DNA of 64,000 bases from Macrostomum lignano (taxonomy: Eukaryota): NCBI GenBank assembly GCA_002269645.1, contig NIVC01001772.1:1-64000 (forward strand), read 5' to 3'. Positions within the stretch are counted from its first letter, which is position 1, and every line of letters starts with the position of its first letter. Shown here piece by piece: positions 1 to 13,299 of this stretch. The position numbers and the translations under genes are program-made. A model generated the notes under the pieces. That model worked only from the letters and a program-made list of their open reading frames with translations. It made no database searches and was not told the DNA's origin.

Positions 1-528
1 ACGCTTTCTCCTTAGCAATCGCCATCTAAGGAATTGCAAATTGATAAACAATAAATGTGCGCTAAGCTGGCTGTTTTTCATCACTGAGCGTGGAGGGTTG
101 TTCGGCAGACGGGGGGGGCGGGCATTTGCGGCACAGCCAACTCTCAGTGCTGAGCCCTGACAGCCCTGATGCCTGCAGCCAATAAGGCCAACTTACTTAT
201 GCAGCATGACTAATGCTTCGAATGCTTATAGTTTGGGCTGAAGAGGGCTGAATTTGGGTCTTCTAGCTATATATTGCCATTAGTATTAGCTTGAAACAGC
301 AAACAACTAAATTATTGGGGGTGGGCGGTTGGTACAGAGAGCTGAAACAAGAGCTGGCAATTCGAGGAAACGACAGAGAAACTAAAAAATAAACTTTTTC
401 TACATGTAGCCAGTAAATGAGGGCGTATCATGGTTTTTTAAACCCGTTATAAGCAGATACATATTATTTTAGTCGACGTTTTTGCGAGATACACTTAATA
501 ACCAGCTTAATATAGCTTAATAACCAAA

Positions 529-1535
529 ATCGAAGCTATATACTGACACCCAAATCGAAGCTATAGTGACACCCAGATTGAAGCTATAGTGACACCCAGA
601 TTGAAGCTATAGTGACACCCAGATTGAAGCTATACTGACACCCAGATTGAAGCTATACTGACACCCAAATTGAAGCTATAGTGACACCCAGATTGAAGCT
701 ATAGTGACACCCAGATTGAAGCTATACTGACACCCAGATTGAAGCTATACTGACACCCAGATTGAAGCTATAGTGACACCCAGATTGAAGCTATACTGAC
801 ACCCAAATTGAAGCTATACTGACACCCAGATTGAAGCTATACTGACACCCAGATGAAGCTCCTGACACCCAGATTGAAGCTATACTGACACCCTAATCGA
901 AGCTATACAGACACCCAGATTGAAGCTCCTGACACCCAGATTGAAGCTCCTGACACCCAGATTGAAGCTCCTGACACCCAGATTGAAGCTCCTGACACCC
1001 ATATTGAAGCTTCTGACACCCTAATCGAAGCTATACTGACACCCAGATTGAAGCTATACTGACACCCATATTGAAGCTATACTGACATCCAGATTGAAGC
1101 TATACTGACACCCAGATTGAAGCTCCTGACACCCAGATTGAAGCTATACTGACACCCTAATCGAAGCTATACAGACACCCAGATTGAAGCTCCTGACACC
1201 CAGATTGAAGCTCCTGACACCCAGATTGAAGCTATACTGACACCCAGATTGAAGCTATACTGACACCCTAATCGAAGCTATACAGACACCCAGATTGAAG
1301 CTCCTGACACCCAGATTGAAGCTCCTGACACCCAGATTGAAGCTCCTGACACCCAGATTGAAGCTATACTGACACCCAGATTGAAGCTATACTGACACCC
1401 AAACTGAAGCTCCTGACACTCAGATTGAAGCTCCCGACACCCAGATTGAAGCTTCTGACACTCAGATTGAAGCTCCTGACACCCAGATTGAAGCTCCTGA
1501 CACCCAGATTGAAGCTATACTAACACCCTAATCGA
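529..1535. repeat. Minisatellite, 23/21-bp units (TGACACCCAGATTGAAGCTATAC / TGACACCCAGATTGAAGCTCC)
   Basis: About 1 kb of head-to-tail copies of two length variants read directly. Confidence 0.95.
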
Positions 1536-2002
1536 CACTGTGCCCTTCGGATTAATTCCAAACTTCGCAGACGCCTGAGTGCATAATTTATACTGGATTT
1601 AGCAGTAATTAAGTAGCATAAAACCGGTTTGCATCCAAAAGCCATGCATCTTTTTGGCTCCCAAAGCGCCGCGGATTACGCTGGTTTTAAGGAAATCTTT
1701 TCTGAATTCCTCAACCGTTGCCGTTGGTGAAGATGGATTAGGATGCCAACTGCAGTTCAATCAGGATTGGGGACGACCGCAAATTATTCAGTATAACAAA
1801 TTGGGGGGAGGGCGATTTATATTAGAGTGGTGTGGATATTTTTTTAGAATACGCTCGTAAGAATAAAAGTCCCTATGCAAATGACTAGACTAACACTGCT
1901 ATATGCATATATAGCGCCTTCTGTGGTAATCGGAGACTGGAAGGGATCCAAGCAGATGAGGGCTAGAGAAGGAGAAAGCGGCGGATATTGGCAAGGGTCC
2001 AA

Positions 2003-3163
2003 TGCGCTAAGTTAGTGTCCTTGAGATGCGCCAAATTAGTGTCCTGAGATGCGCTAAGTTAGTGTCCTGAGATGCACTAAGTTAGTGTCCTTGAGATGCA
2101 CTAAGTTAGTGTCCTTGAGATGCACCAAATTAGTGTCCTGAGATGCACCAAGTTAGTGTCCTGAGATGCACCAAATTAGTGTCCTGAGATGCGCTGAGTC
2201 AGTGTGCTGAGATGCGCTGAGTCAGTGTGCTGAGATGCGCCAAGTTAGTGTCCTGAGATGCACCAAGTTAGTGTCCTGAGATGCACCAAGTTAGTGTCCT
2301 GAGATGCACCAAATTAGTGTCCTGAGATGCGCTGAGTCAGTGTGCTGAGATGCGCCAAATTAGTGTGCTGAGATGCGCCAAATTAGTGTCCTGAGATGCG
2401 CCAAATTAGTGTGCTGAGATGCGCCAAATTAGTGTCCTTGAGATGCGCCAAATTAGTGTGCTGAGATGCACCAAATTAGTGTCCTGAGATGCGCCAAATT
2501 AGTGTCCTGAGATGCGCCAAATTAGTGTCCTGAGATGCGCCAAATTAGTGTCCTGAGATGCGCCGAGTTAGTGTCCTGAGATGCGCCGAGTTAGTGTCCT
2601 GAGATGCGCCAAATTAGTGTCCTGAAATGCGCCAAATTAGTGTCTTGAGATGCACCAAGTTAGTGTGCTGAGATGCACCAAATTAGTGTCCTGAGATGCG
2701 CTAAGTTAGTGTCCTGAGATGCGCTGAGTCAGTGTCCTGAGATGCGCTGAGCCAGTGTGCTGAGTTGCGCTGAGTCAGTGTGCTGAGATGCGCCAAATTA
2801 GTGTCTTGAGATGCACCAAGTTAGTGTGCTGAGATGCGCTAAGTTAGTGTCCTGAGATGCGCCAAATTAGTGTGCTGAGATGCACCAAATTAGTGTGCTG
2901 AGATGCGCCAAATTAGTGTCCTGAGATGCGCCAAATTAGTGTCCTGAGATGCGCCAAATTAGTGTGCTGAGATGCACCAAATTAGTGTCCTGAGATGCGC
3001 CAAATTAGTGTCCTGAGATGCGCCAAATTAGTGTCCTGAGATGCGCCAAATTAGTGTCCTGAGATGCGCCAAATTAGTGTGCTGAGATGCGCCAAATTAG
3101 TGTCCTGAGATGCGCCAAATTAGTGTCCTGAGAGGCGCCAAATTAGTGTCCTGAGATGCGTCA
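2003..3163. repeat. Minisatellite, 23-bp unit (AGTGTCCTGAGATGCGCCAAATT)
   Basis: Tandem copies at 23-bp spacing (e.g. 2961, 2984). Confidence 0.95.
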
Positions 3164-4514
3164 AGTGAACGGACGGAGGATGAGAGAGGTTGAGGTTGAG
3201 CGGCAGACTCGGCCTTTTAATTTATTGCTTAAATTTTCATCAGAGATCGTAGCTACAATCAGCTTGAACCATACTTTTATGAACTAGACGGAGAAAAGTT
3301 CATAAAATCTGTTTTTTTTCTGGCAACTCTCACCTTGACAGCTTCAGAGTGACTCATTGCGCAAAGTTTAAACAATTTTAAGCTACTGGGAAAAAAGGAA
3401 TTGATGAACAACCGGGATAGAGATAGGGCACGGCGCTCTAGTCGGGGAAAATCTTCTTTGTCCGAAAAGTTTGTTTTTATCTCTCTCTTATCCGTGCAGT
3501 GCCGCGGTTGGAAACGTCCCTAATTCTAAATCGCTATCCCATGGTTCCATAAGCTGCAGTTCGGAATTATGCAGCCAGAGACTATACAAGCCAGACTAAA
3601 CTAATCTATTCTCTCCGCGCGAACATAAACACAGTGCATAAACACAGCAGTAGGGACGGGGCTGTCCTCCGCGTTGACTAATAATAAAACATTATTTCAT
3701 CAAAATGCCACCTAGCTACATTTACATGGCTGCTTACCTTTTTAGCCCATATAGTCAATAGTCGTCGCCTTAGACTATTTAGTAGATTGTAGGTACGACG
3801 CTATATACGAGTAACAACGAGATACACACTCTGTGTGCCTTAGATGTGGGCTCTCATCAGTCTAAATAGCATTGATCATGGACGCGTTTTACCGCGAAGA
3901 TACTTTGGCCGGTGTTTTTTGGAATTCCCAGACATCGATCATGAGTCGAATAACCCAGCTACTATTATGATAGATAGTTAAAATTAAACAGGCTTAAAAT
4001 GGGCCTACAGGACTTCTTTTTTGACGCAAATATTGGAAACGGTTTAACTCGTACGTGAGTCAGCGGGAGTGACTTGCAAGGCTTTTAGACTATGTAATTA
4101 GGGCTAAAAACTATCAATGGAAAACTTCCTATCTCGTTCGTAAATATATATGCTTTTTGCAGAGAAAAATCGCGCACGACTTAAAAGTGTAGCGCATACC
4201 TTCTTCATTCTACAATCTGTCCCTCATCGTTCCGTGATGCCTGAAGGACTTCAGGTGATAAATCTGTCTGAATTCTGATCTAGAAAACGAGTTTTGAAAG
4301 TTCAAAATGGAGCTACACAGATTAATTTCAGGCTGTGAAGTTTGAACAGCTAGATTTCTTCAGCAATAAAATAAAACAAAAAAATCTAGGACAATTAATG
4401 TACTCGATTATTAGTTTAAATGTCACAAAAATGCGTAATAAACATCCAGGAAATCGGTGTAAAAATTGTTATCGGAAACATGAAGACAAAAACAGATCGA
4501 GATTATCGGTAAGG

Positions 4515-4662
4515 AGAACGTGACACGGACACAGCTGGGTACGTGTGGAATACGTGTTTACGTGTGGCTGGGTACGTGTGGATACGTGTGGCTGGGTACG
4601 TGTGGATACGTGTGGCTGGGTACGGGGCGGGCCGCCCCCCGCCCCCCCTAAATCCGCCCCTG
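4515..4662. mobile_element. Remnant right end of a GC-rich hAT-type MITE with internal 24-bp repeats
   Basis: Ends in CCCCCCTAAATCCGCCCCTG, matching the right end of the TSD-flanked element at 55580-55798. Preceded by ACGTGTGGATACGTGTGGCTGGGT repeats. Left TIR and TSD not found. Confidence 0.5.
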
Positions 4663-7419
4663 TATAGTACACTTGTAGTACTGGAAAATGAAGTCATACA
4701 CGATGTACATGTATGCATAATATGTAATGGACATGGCGATTGAACAGATGCAGTTTTTATTATATATTTTTCTGTATGTGGCCTTAATTACTAATCGTAA
4801 TCTGCATATTTTTATTAATTTGGCCGATTCGGGGCAACAATTCTTTTTATCAAGATCTAGAATAAAACTTCAAAAGCTATAGCGGTCAGACGGACTTCAG
4901 TATCATCATGACATACTATATGCTGTGTTGCACAGTAACTCACGAAATGTGAATTGATATTTGTGCAGCAATAATTTTATTATGCCTGAAATTGGCGCCT
5001 ATCTTTATTGCTTTTTTGATTTTGGTAGATACCCCTCATAAGTCGCTTTATCATAGTATTATATGTGCCACTTTATGGTAACCGCGATGCATTATGGTTT
5101 CTCTTAACGCTGCAGAATGGCTCGGGTTAGATTTTATAAAGCTTTTAGATCGGGATCTTTGTTTCGCAAGTAATTCGCAATATACGCGATGAAGAATCTA
5201 CCACATGTATACGTAATTTTAACATCGAGGTAACAGAGTTTACATGTATTGTGCATTTAAATTTATAAACTGCTGAATGTGATCGGGAGCAGCGCCATTC
5301 CACTAGCCCTTCCGCCTACATGTATGTACATGATGTATGTCAAGTTGTTTTTTAGTATGTACCCACATGCATACGTCAAAATTCGTACTATATATGCATT
5401 TTACCTGGATTTACCAAACATATGTTACGGGAAAAATTCACAGAATCTGCAATTGCATAATGGCCTCACCAATTACGTACGAAATTGAATTTTAACCCAT
5501 GCAGCACACCATTGCTTTTGCACATGTACATGTTACAGAGAGCAAAATACATATGTATAAACTATAAATCAAGGACCACTGCATGAAGTCACCTTGTTAA
5601 GTATAATAGTCCAGCTTGTTATACATATGCAGTATATTTACAGCTACATGATGTAGTTACCCGTACATCTACAGTGTGTACATGCACATGTACAATTTGC
5701 ACACAGTCGACATACATATACTACTCTATATCGATTAGACAATTTTATACCCAAAAAGCTATATGGGCGTTGACGTGCTAGCGAAAGGCAGGAAGGGAAT
5801 GTTTTCCCTATTCGCTTGCTATCCACCAGCAGCAGTTGCTGGCGTCAGACGTACCACCGCTAGTGCTGGGAAAATACATGTACAGTACATGTACAGTACA
5901 TGTACATGTAATAAATAAATCCGCTAGCAATCCGCGCTGCTAGAGTTTTGGCATGGGTAATGTATACAGAGTTTATAACTTGTAAAAATGTACGTATCCA
6001 CTAATCTTGGCAGAAAAAACTTTGGTGAACATTTGCCATTAACGGTAAATTTTATTCAAAGTTAAAACTATAAAACAAAGGGATTAGTGGATTTTTTAAA
6101 TTCAAAGTTGTTACGTTGTGTTCAAGGACACAGTATTTCAGCTCCAGCTCCAAGAATTAATTTTTAGTCTCAGAGCACATAGACAAAGACTAAGACTAAG
6201 AACTGATATAAAGAGAGCAGAGTTCTAACGCAGGTTTAATGTACATGTATCGGTACTTTGTATCACGAAACTTTTTTGTCTTTTCATCCTAATCCCTTAC
6301 AAATTCCTTACAGATAAATAGATTTTTATAGTAAAAGCAATTACTAAATAATGTTGATAAGTTATAAAAAATGCTTTCATCGATGCGAAAAAACTTGTTC
6401 GAAGCACATAAATTTGTTTAAAACTTTCACTTGCTAGTCACTGTGGCGAGATTTCAAATTTTCCGCGCTTGCACTTGAGTCCCGCAGTTGCTTACTGAAT
6501 TTGACGTGTTCCAAAAGTTGTAATTCTGCCTTTTTGTTTGTATTGGTCCACTATGCCCGTGTCTATACTTAAGTCTTTATTTAAAGTCAAGTACTCAGTA
6601 ATTTAGAGAAATATACAATGGCCAGGTAGCTAGCCAGGCATTGTAATTTGTTAGGAAAATTTTGATAGATAAAAAAGTATCTTATCTGCAACTGCAACTC
6701 TATTTATTGTATTATTATGGCCAGTGGCCACAAATAGCCAAATATGCATAGGCATAATGTAGATAAAATAAGTGCAATTAATTAATTAGGGATAAAGTAT
6801 TAAAGTATTATTGGTAGGCAATGTAATATTAATTAATAATTAAAATACTATTTGTAAGATTTAAGATAATGTTCAGATCCTAACATTAAAGTTCTATTTG
6901 CTTGCAGCTTGATTAAGATGTAAAAATTAATAACAAATAATATTATAGGCTGTCGAAAATCAGTATAAATTTTACATTTTATCATGTATTTTATTTTTAC
7001 TGATTATAGCAATTCCGTAAAACCCATAAAGTACTTTACTATAGTATTAGATCAAAATTCATTATGCATGTAGTATTTGCTCTCAAGAAAGTATTTCTAA
7101 CATTTTTCTAAAGATTTTGATAGCTTTTTAAAGATATAAAGTTATAATGGGGTAAATATATAAAAAAATTAAAAAATGATTTTCTTTAGCTTAATTAAGG
7201 TCTTTCCTATCTATCTCAAACTATATGTATACATATATCTTTTATAAGTTGAACTAATTCTTAATTTCTTATACCACTATCAATATGGCTAAAATCGCCT
7301 TTATTTTTATAAAATCTAAGCTTGAAGCTAACTTTTATAAGCTTTAGTACAAAATAATAATTGACTCAATAAGTTGCCAATATCAACAAACTTTATTTGT
7401 GTTTTAAATTCCTTTGCAG

Positions 7420-10400
7420 GAAGACTTAATACCAATCCTGGCGGCCAGTTGTGGCCAATACTCTATCATGGAAATTATTGGCTCAGGCACATATGGTGTA
7501 GTCTACAAGACCTGGGACAATCTCCACAATCGGCCTGTTGCTTTGAAGAAATTTAAAGCTGAAAGGTAAAGCAGCACAGTTTTGATTTCAATTATTTTAG
7601 CTAAAAACTAAATTTACAAAAAATTCATAAATTTCCTATTGAATAAAAAATATGTACATGTAAAAATTTCAATATTCTTCTCCAATCCCAATCAGGTTTG
7701 ACAATGATTTCAATGGCGCGCCTCTGCCAGCACTTAAGGAGATTAGCATCCTGATCGAGTTGAAACGAACCAACCATAGCAACATTGTTAAGTAAGTAAC
7801 GACTTTCTTGTTCTGTTTCTAGACTGGACCAGAGGCATTACCTTGATGGATTAAAATTCTTATCTGTGGAGAAATAATGAAGGCACGCACAACAGGCTAC
7901 TCTCATGAGTAGCTTGATGCAACAGTTCCATGATTTTGTTAAAAGGAGATTGTAATGGCTATTGAAATATTTTAACAGTCTTCGCGACGTGCTGGAAATT
8001 GGACCCGATTGCTACATGGTGCTGGACTACATGGACTGGGACCTGTTCCGCCTAATTTATCACTTTTCGGAGCGAAGGAAACACTTTGAAAAGAAGCAGG
8101 AACACCAGAGGCAATTTCAACATGCTGCCCGGATGCCAACTGGCGAGTTGCCACCTGAATTTGAAGCTATCCCTGACGGTTATGGATTGCCGCCCGAGCT
8201 TTACCAGGTGTGTGAAATTGGGGGCAAAGCATGGGCAAGATCAGTAGCCAGGGATAAATGGCACCCACTTAGAGTAAATGGCACCCCAGTCAGATGAAAT
8301 GGCACCCCGGTCAGATGAAATGGCACCCCGGTCAGATGAAATGGCACCCCGGTCAGATGAAATGGCACGCACGGAGATGAAATGGCACCCACTCAGATGA
8401 AATGGTACCCACTCAGATGAAATGGCACCCACTCAGATGAAATGGGACCCACTTAGATGAAATGGCACCCACTCAGATGAAATGGCACCCACTCAGATGA
8501 AATGGTACCCACTCAGATGAAATGGCATTCACTCAGATGAAATGGTACCCACTCAGATGAAATGGCACCCACTCAGATGAAATGGCACCCACTCAGATGA
8601 AATGGCACCCACTCAGATGAAATGGCACCCACTCAGATGAAATGGCACCCACTCAGATGAAATGGCATTTACTCAGATGAAATGGCATTCACTCAGATGA
8701 AATGGCATCCACTCAGATCAGATGAAATGGCATTCACTCAGATGAAATGGCATTCACTTAGATGAAATGGCACCCACTCAGATGAAATGGCATTCACTCA
8801 GATGAAATGGCACCCACTCAGATGAAATGGCACCCACTCAGATGAAATGGCATTCACTCAGATGAAATGGCACCCACTCAGATGAAATGGCACCCACTCG
8901 AATGAAATGGCACCCACTCAGATGAAATGGCATTCACTCAGATGAAATGGCATCCACTCAGATGAAATGGCACCCTAGTCAGATGAAATGGCACCCTAGT
9001 CAGATGAAATGGCATTCACTCAGATGAAATGGCATTCACTTAGATGAAATGGCACCCACTTAGATGAAATGGCACCCACTCAGATGAAATGGCACCCACT
9101 CAGATGAAATGCCATTCACTCAGATGAAATGGAATTCACTCAGATGAGATGGCATCCACTCAGATCAGATGAAATGGCATTCACTCAGATGAAATGGCAT
9201 TCACTTAGATGAAATGGCACCCACTCAGATGAAATGGCACCCCGGTCAGATGAAATGGCACCCCAGTCAGATGAAATGGCACCCACTCAGATGAAATGGC
9301 ACCCAGTCAAATAAATGACATCCACTCAGATTCAGAGCCTCAGAGCTCGGTGACGCAGAGTGATTCAGCTGTGTACTAACCGCAGCCAAGTGTGCTTAAC
9401 TTTCAGGTTTCTAACTAGCGTTAGAACCAGCAGCCCACTGGTCTGATGCATGTATTTAAGCATTCACAATACTGTAATTTGCAGAGTATCGCAATGCAAC
9501 TACTCGAGGCCGTGAGGCATTGTCACAGCATGAGCATCGTACACAGGGACATTAAGCCAGCCAATATTCTATTATCGAATCGCGGCGTTGTTAAACTGGC
9601 GGATTTCGGCATGGCCCGAAGTCTGTCGCACAGGCGTCGAACTTTGAATTTGTCGGTTGTGACTCTGCCTTATCGAGCGCCGGAGTTGTTGCTGGGGACG
9701 CCAGATTATACGGAAGCTGTGGACGTCTGGTCTGTCGGCTGCGTTATTGCTGAGATGGTGAGCATGGTTGTTTGGTTGTTGGCTGCTTGGTATTGACATT
9801 AACTGTGGTTTTTAAGCTGGTCTGCTCTGGTGTGGTCTAGTCTGGTCTGGCCTGGTCTGGTCTGGTCTGGTCTGGTCTGTTCTGGTCTGGTCTGGTCTGG
9901 TCTGGTCTGTTCTGTTCTGGTCTGGTCTGGTCTGGTCTGTTCTGGTCTGGTCTGGTCTGGTTTGGTCTGGTCTGGTCTGTTCTGTTCTGGTCCGGTCTGG
10001 TCTGGTCTGTTCTGGTCTGTTCTGGTCTGGTCTGGTCTGGTCTGTTCTGGTCTGGTCTGGTCTGGTTTGGTCTGGTCTGGTCTGGTCTGTTCTGTTCTGG
10101 TCCGGTCTGGTCTGGTCTGTTCTGGTTTGGTCTGGTCTGGTCTGGTCTGGTCTGGTCTGGTCTGGTCTGGTCTGGTCTGTTCTGGTTTGGTCTGGTCTGG
10201 TCTGGTCTGGTCTGGATGCTTTTATGTAGTTTTTATTTTATTTTACGGAGTCAATATTTGATTAATTAATTAATTTCGCCTTCAATAAACAGATCACTGG
10301 CTATCATCTATTTTATGGTGACAGCGAAATTCATCAACTATTCCTTATCTTTGAGCGTATGGGTGAGTTATTATTCTTATTAAAATTTGAAAAAGGTTAT

Positions 10401-12003
10401 GATTTAACCAGTATTCAAATTATATAGGAGAATTAACTACAGTATTCTGAAATCGCCTGAATATTTGTTTCTATTTTAAGGCACACCTGACAACTCTAAC
10501 TGGCTAGGAGTGGAGCAGCTACCTGACTACAATCGGCAATTTCCGCGTTTTTATCCGCACGGTTTCCGCGATTTTAATTTGCCAATCTGCGCTGAGAAGC
10601 TTATTAGGGTGAGCTGATATAGATTTTTTAAATTTAGTATGGTGCTTTGTCAAGGTACGAGCTAAGTATAGCATCAGGTTAAATGATAGGCAGTGGCGTA
10701 GGGAGGATTTTTAATTTGAGGGGCCACAACCCTAAAGGGCGCCAATATATGGCTGCTTGATGGGCGCCCCTGTCTCCTGAGTGGGCGCCCCTGTCTCTTG
10801 GTGGGTGCCCCTGTCTCTTGGTGGGCGCTCCTGTCTCTTGGTGGGCGCCCCTGTCTCCTAAGTGGGCGCCCCTGTCTCTTGATGGGCGCCCCTGTCTCCT
10901 AAGTGGGCGCCCCTGTCTCTTGATGGGCGCCCCTGTCTCTTGGTGGGCGCCCCTGTCTCTTGGTGGGTGCCCCTGTCTCTTGGTGGGCGCTCCTGTCTCT
11001 TGGTGGGCGCCCCTGTCTCCTAAGTGGGCGCCCCTGTCTCTTGATGGGCGCCCCTGTCTCCTAAGTGGGCGCCCCTGTCTCTTGATGGGCGCCCCTGTCT
11101 CTTGGTGGGCGCCCCTGTCTCTTGGTGGGTGCCCCTGTCTCTTGGTGGGCGCTCCTGTCTCTTGGTGGGCGCCCCTGTCTCTTGGTGGGCGCCCCTGTCT
11201 CTTGGTGGGCGCCCCTGTCTCTTGGTGGGCGCCCCTGTCTCTTGGTGGGTGCCCCTGTCTCTTGGTTGGCGCCCCTGTCTCCTGAGTGGGCGCCCCTGTC
11301 TCTTGGTGGGTGCCCCTGTCTCTTGGTGGGCGCCCCTGTCTCTTGGTGGGCGCCCCTGTCTCTTGGTGGGCGCCCCTGTCTCCTGAGTGGGCGCCCCTGT
11401 CTCCTAAGTGGGCGCCCCTGTCTCTTGGTTGGGGCCCCTGTCTCCTAAGTGGGCCCCCCTGTCTCTTGGTTGGGACCCCTGTCTCCTAAGTGGGCCCCCC
11501 TGTCTCTTGGTTGTGGCCCCTGTCTCCTAAGTGGGCGCCCCTGTCTCTTGGTGAGCGCCCCTGTCTCCTAAGTGGGCGCCCCTGTCTCTTGGTGAGCGCC
11601 CCTGTCTCCTAAGTGGGCGCCCCTGTCTCTTGGTGAGCGCTCCTGGGCCCTATCTCACAGTGCCTCACGCCCCCCTGGCCTCCTTCGTGCGCCACTAAAG
11701 TTAGAGTCAGCAGTCCGATTGCCGCAGACCCAAATCTTCCAGTGCACTCAATTGCCTAATTATACGTATTGGGTGAGCATTTTTGGCCACCCTATATATG
11801 TATTATAGTCTACAATAGATTTACAGTGTATATGCATGCAAAATCATATTGTGGACTTTGATTGAAATTTTTAGGCCATGCTGCGCTTGGATCCGACAAA
11901 ACGCTCCACAGCTTCGGCAGCTTTGAAGCACAAGTTCTTCTTTGATACCACCGTGCAACCTCTGGCGCTGTTCCTGCAGGATATTGCTGAGCGTGAGGAT
12001 TGA
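7420..12003 (+). CDS. Cyclin-dependent kinase-like Ser/Thr kinase (atypical CDK)
   Basis: Phase-consistent GT-AG exons 7420-7565, 7696-7791, 7979-8207, 9485-9757, 10293-10362, 10481-10608, 11875-12003 (TGA). Motifs IGSGTYGVVYK, VALKK, PLPALKE (alphaC), HRDIKPANILL, DFGMAR, YRAPE, DVWSVGC, GTPD, LDPTKR. Start is either ATG 7468 (340 aa) or an unlocated upstream exon. Confidence 0.93.
8256..9330. repeat. Intronic minisatellite, 20-bp unit (AATGGCACCCACTCAGATGA)
   Basis: Exact 20-bp period visible; lies in the CDK intron 8208-9484. Confidence 0.95.
9815..10215. repeat. (TCTGG)n pentanucleotide microsatellite in a CDK intron
   Basis: Direct reading; explains the spurious ORF 9830-10261. Confidence 0.95.
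10691..11697. mobile_element. Probable hAT-type MITE whose interior is a 20/21-bp minisatellite (GGGCGCCCCTGTCTCTTGGT, 10755-11645)
   Basis: Imperfect TIRs CAGTGGCGTAGGGAGG and CCTCCTTCGTGCGCCACTA bracket the array. No clear TSD. The array is certain; the MITE call is tentative. Confidence 0.6.
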
Positions 12004-13299
12004 CATCCGATGGCGTTTGCTTGCTAGATAGCTAGCATCTTTTTTATGAACACATTTCTTCTTGACTTCGTTTTGTTTTGGTTTTTTTAAATCTATTGTT
12101 AGTTGCTTATATATTTAATGAGGTAAAAATATGTATTGTAAATGCACACTGCTATTTTATTAAAATTTACAATCCCGTTGCTGTTAAAATTTCTTTTGTT
12201 TGTCTATAATTGCTGCAATTAAAACCGTTATCAGCCATTTTTTGTTTACAATGTTAATCTTCGTAAATTCTAAACTCTAGATATTGTAACTTTTAGATAA
12301 GCATTGTATAAGTACTTCTGATTTTTCGAAGTACATATATAAGATCATTCAAATTTTGATGTCTACCGTTGTCGCAAATTTTATTAAATTCTTGGCAGAA
12401 ACTAAAATTCTGTTTGTTTTTGTTCGAATTTGGTTCATCTGCTACAATATTTAATATTAATAGTTACATGTATGCTTTATAGGGAAAATGAGTCGTACAT
12501 GTACACGTGCATAGCTATAGGTGATTTTTTCAGTTACCCGTCCATCCATTCAATGGCAACCGACGTGTTTCCGACATCTAACGACGTCGCTGAGAAATAT
12601 GTACGATCTACTTTTCTATTGCACAGACGTTCGGACGACATATACACGTACATGTATGACGTCGTTATCCATCGCTGTAATGTAAAATTATACATGTACA
12701 TATTTGTCAGCGATGTCAATTGCATTAGCATATCAATTTCGATATTAATATCAAAGTACATTTCAATTCGACAGCCGCGAGGTACATCTATATGGAAATT
12801 ATATACCATATTCATGTGCGCGCCATCGAGGGGACAGAGGATATCCATGTATCGGCCCCCAGTAAAAGCTATGACCGGGTCCGACAAGCCAAATGCTTTT
12901 CCCTCAATTGTGATCAACCCTTTATGGAAATAATGCATTTTTTCAGGGCGCCAATTAACGCCTATAATTAGATGCCAAAAATGAGTGCCTGAATGCGGTG
13001 CCAAAATGAGTGCTACAAGGAAAATCACTGATTCCTAGAATAATGTAGGAATTTTAGTAGTAATGTAGAATTAGAGCTTAGCAGTTCGCCCCATCAAAAA
13101 ATCCTTGTATCCCAACCCAAGGTCCTTGGACTAATCCCACCTTGAACATATGCAGGCTTCATCATCATAAACCCTAAATATCAAAAACCCTAGATATCAT
13201 ATTCTCGAAAATCTAAAATGCCGTGAAAAGGCAATCTTTATGAATGGGTCAGTATTGAGCAGTTATATTGAATTGAATTGAATTGTATTCAACAACCTA

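Noticed and set aside
1-260. Possible minus-strand exon(s), e.g. ASGLSGLSTESWLCRKCPPP and an acceptor near position 26
   Set aside because: No consistent donor/acceptor pair and no recognisable domain beyond a WLCRKC-like fragment.
1590-1800. Minus-strand open stretch (TVEEFRKDFLKTSVIRGALG)
   Set aside because: No recognisable homology or convincing splice donor.
12430-13028. Overlapping 167-aa and 164-aa ORFs on opposite strands
   Set aside because: No domain; TACATG-rich, probably decayed repeat DNA; only weak TIR-like ends.
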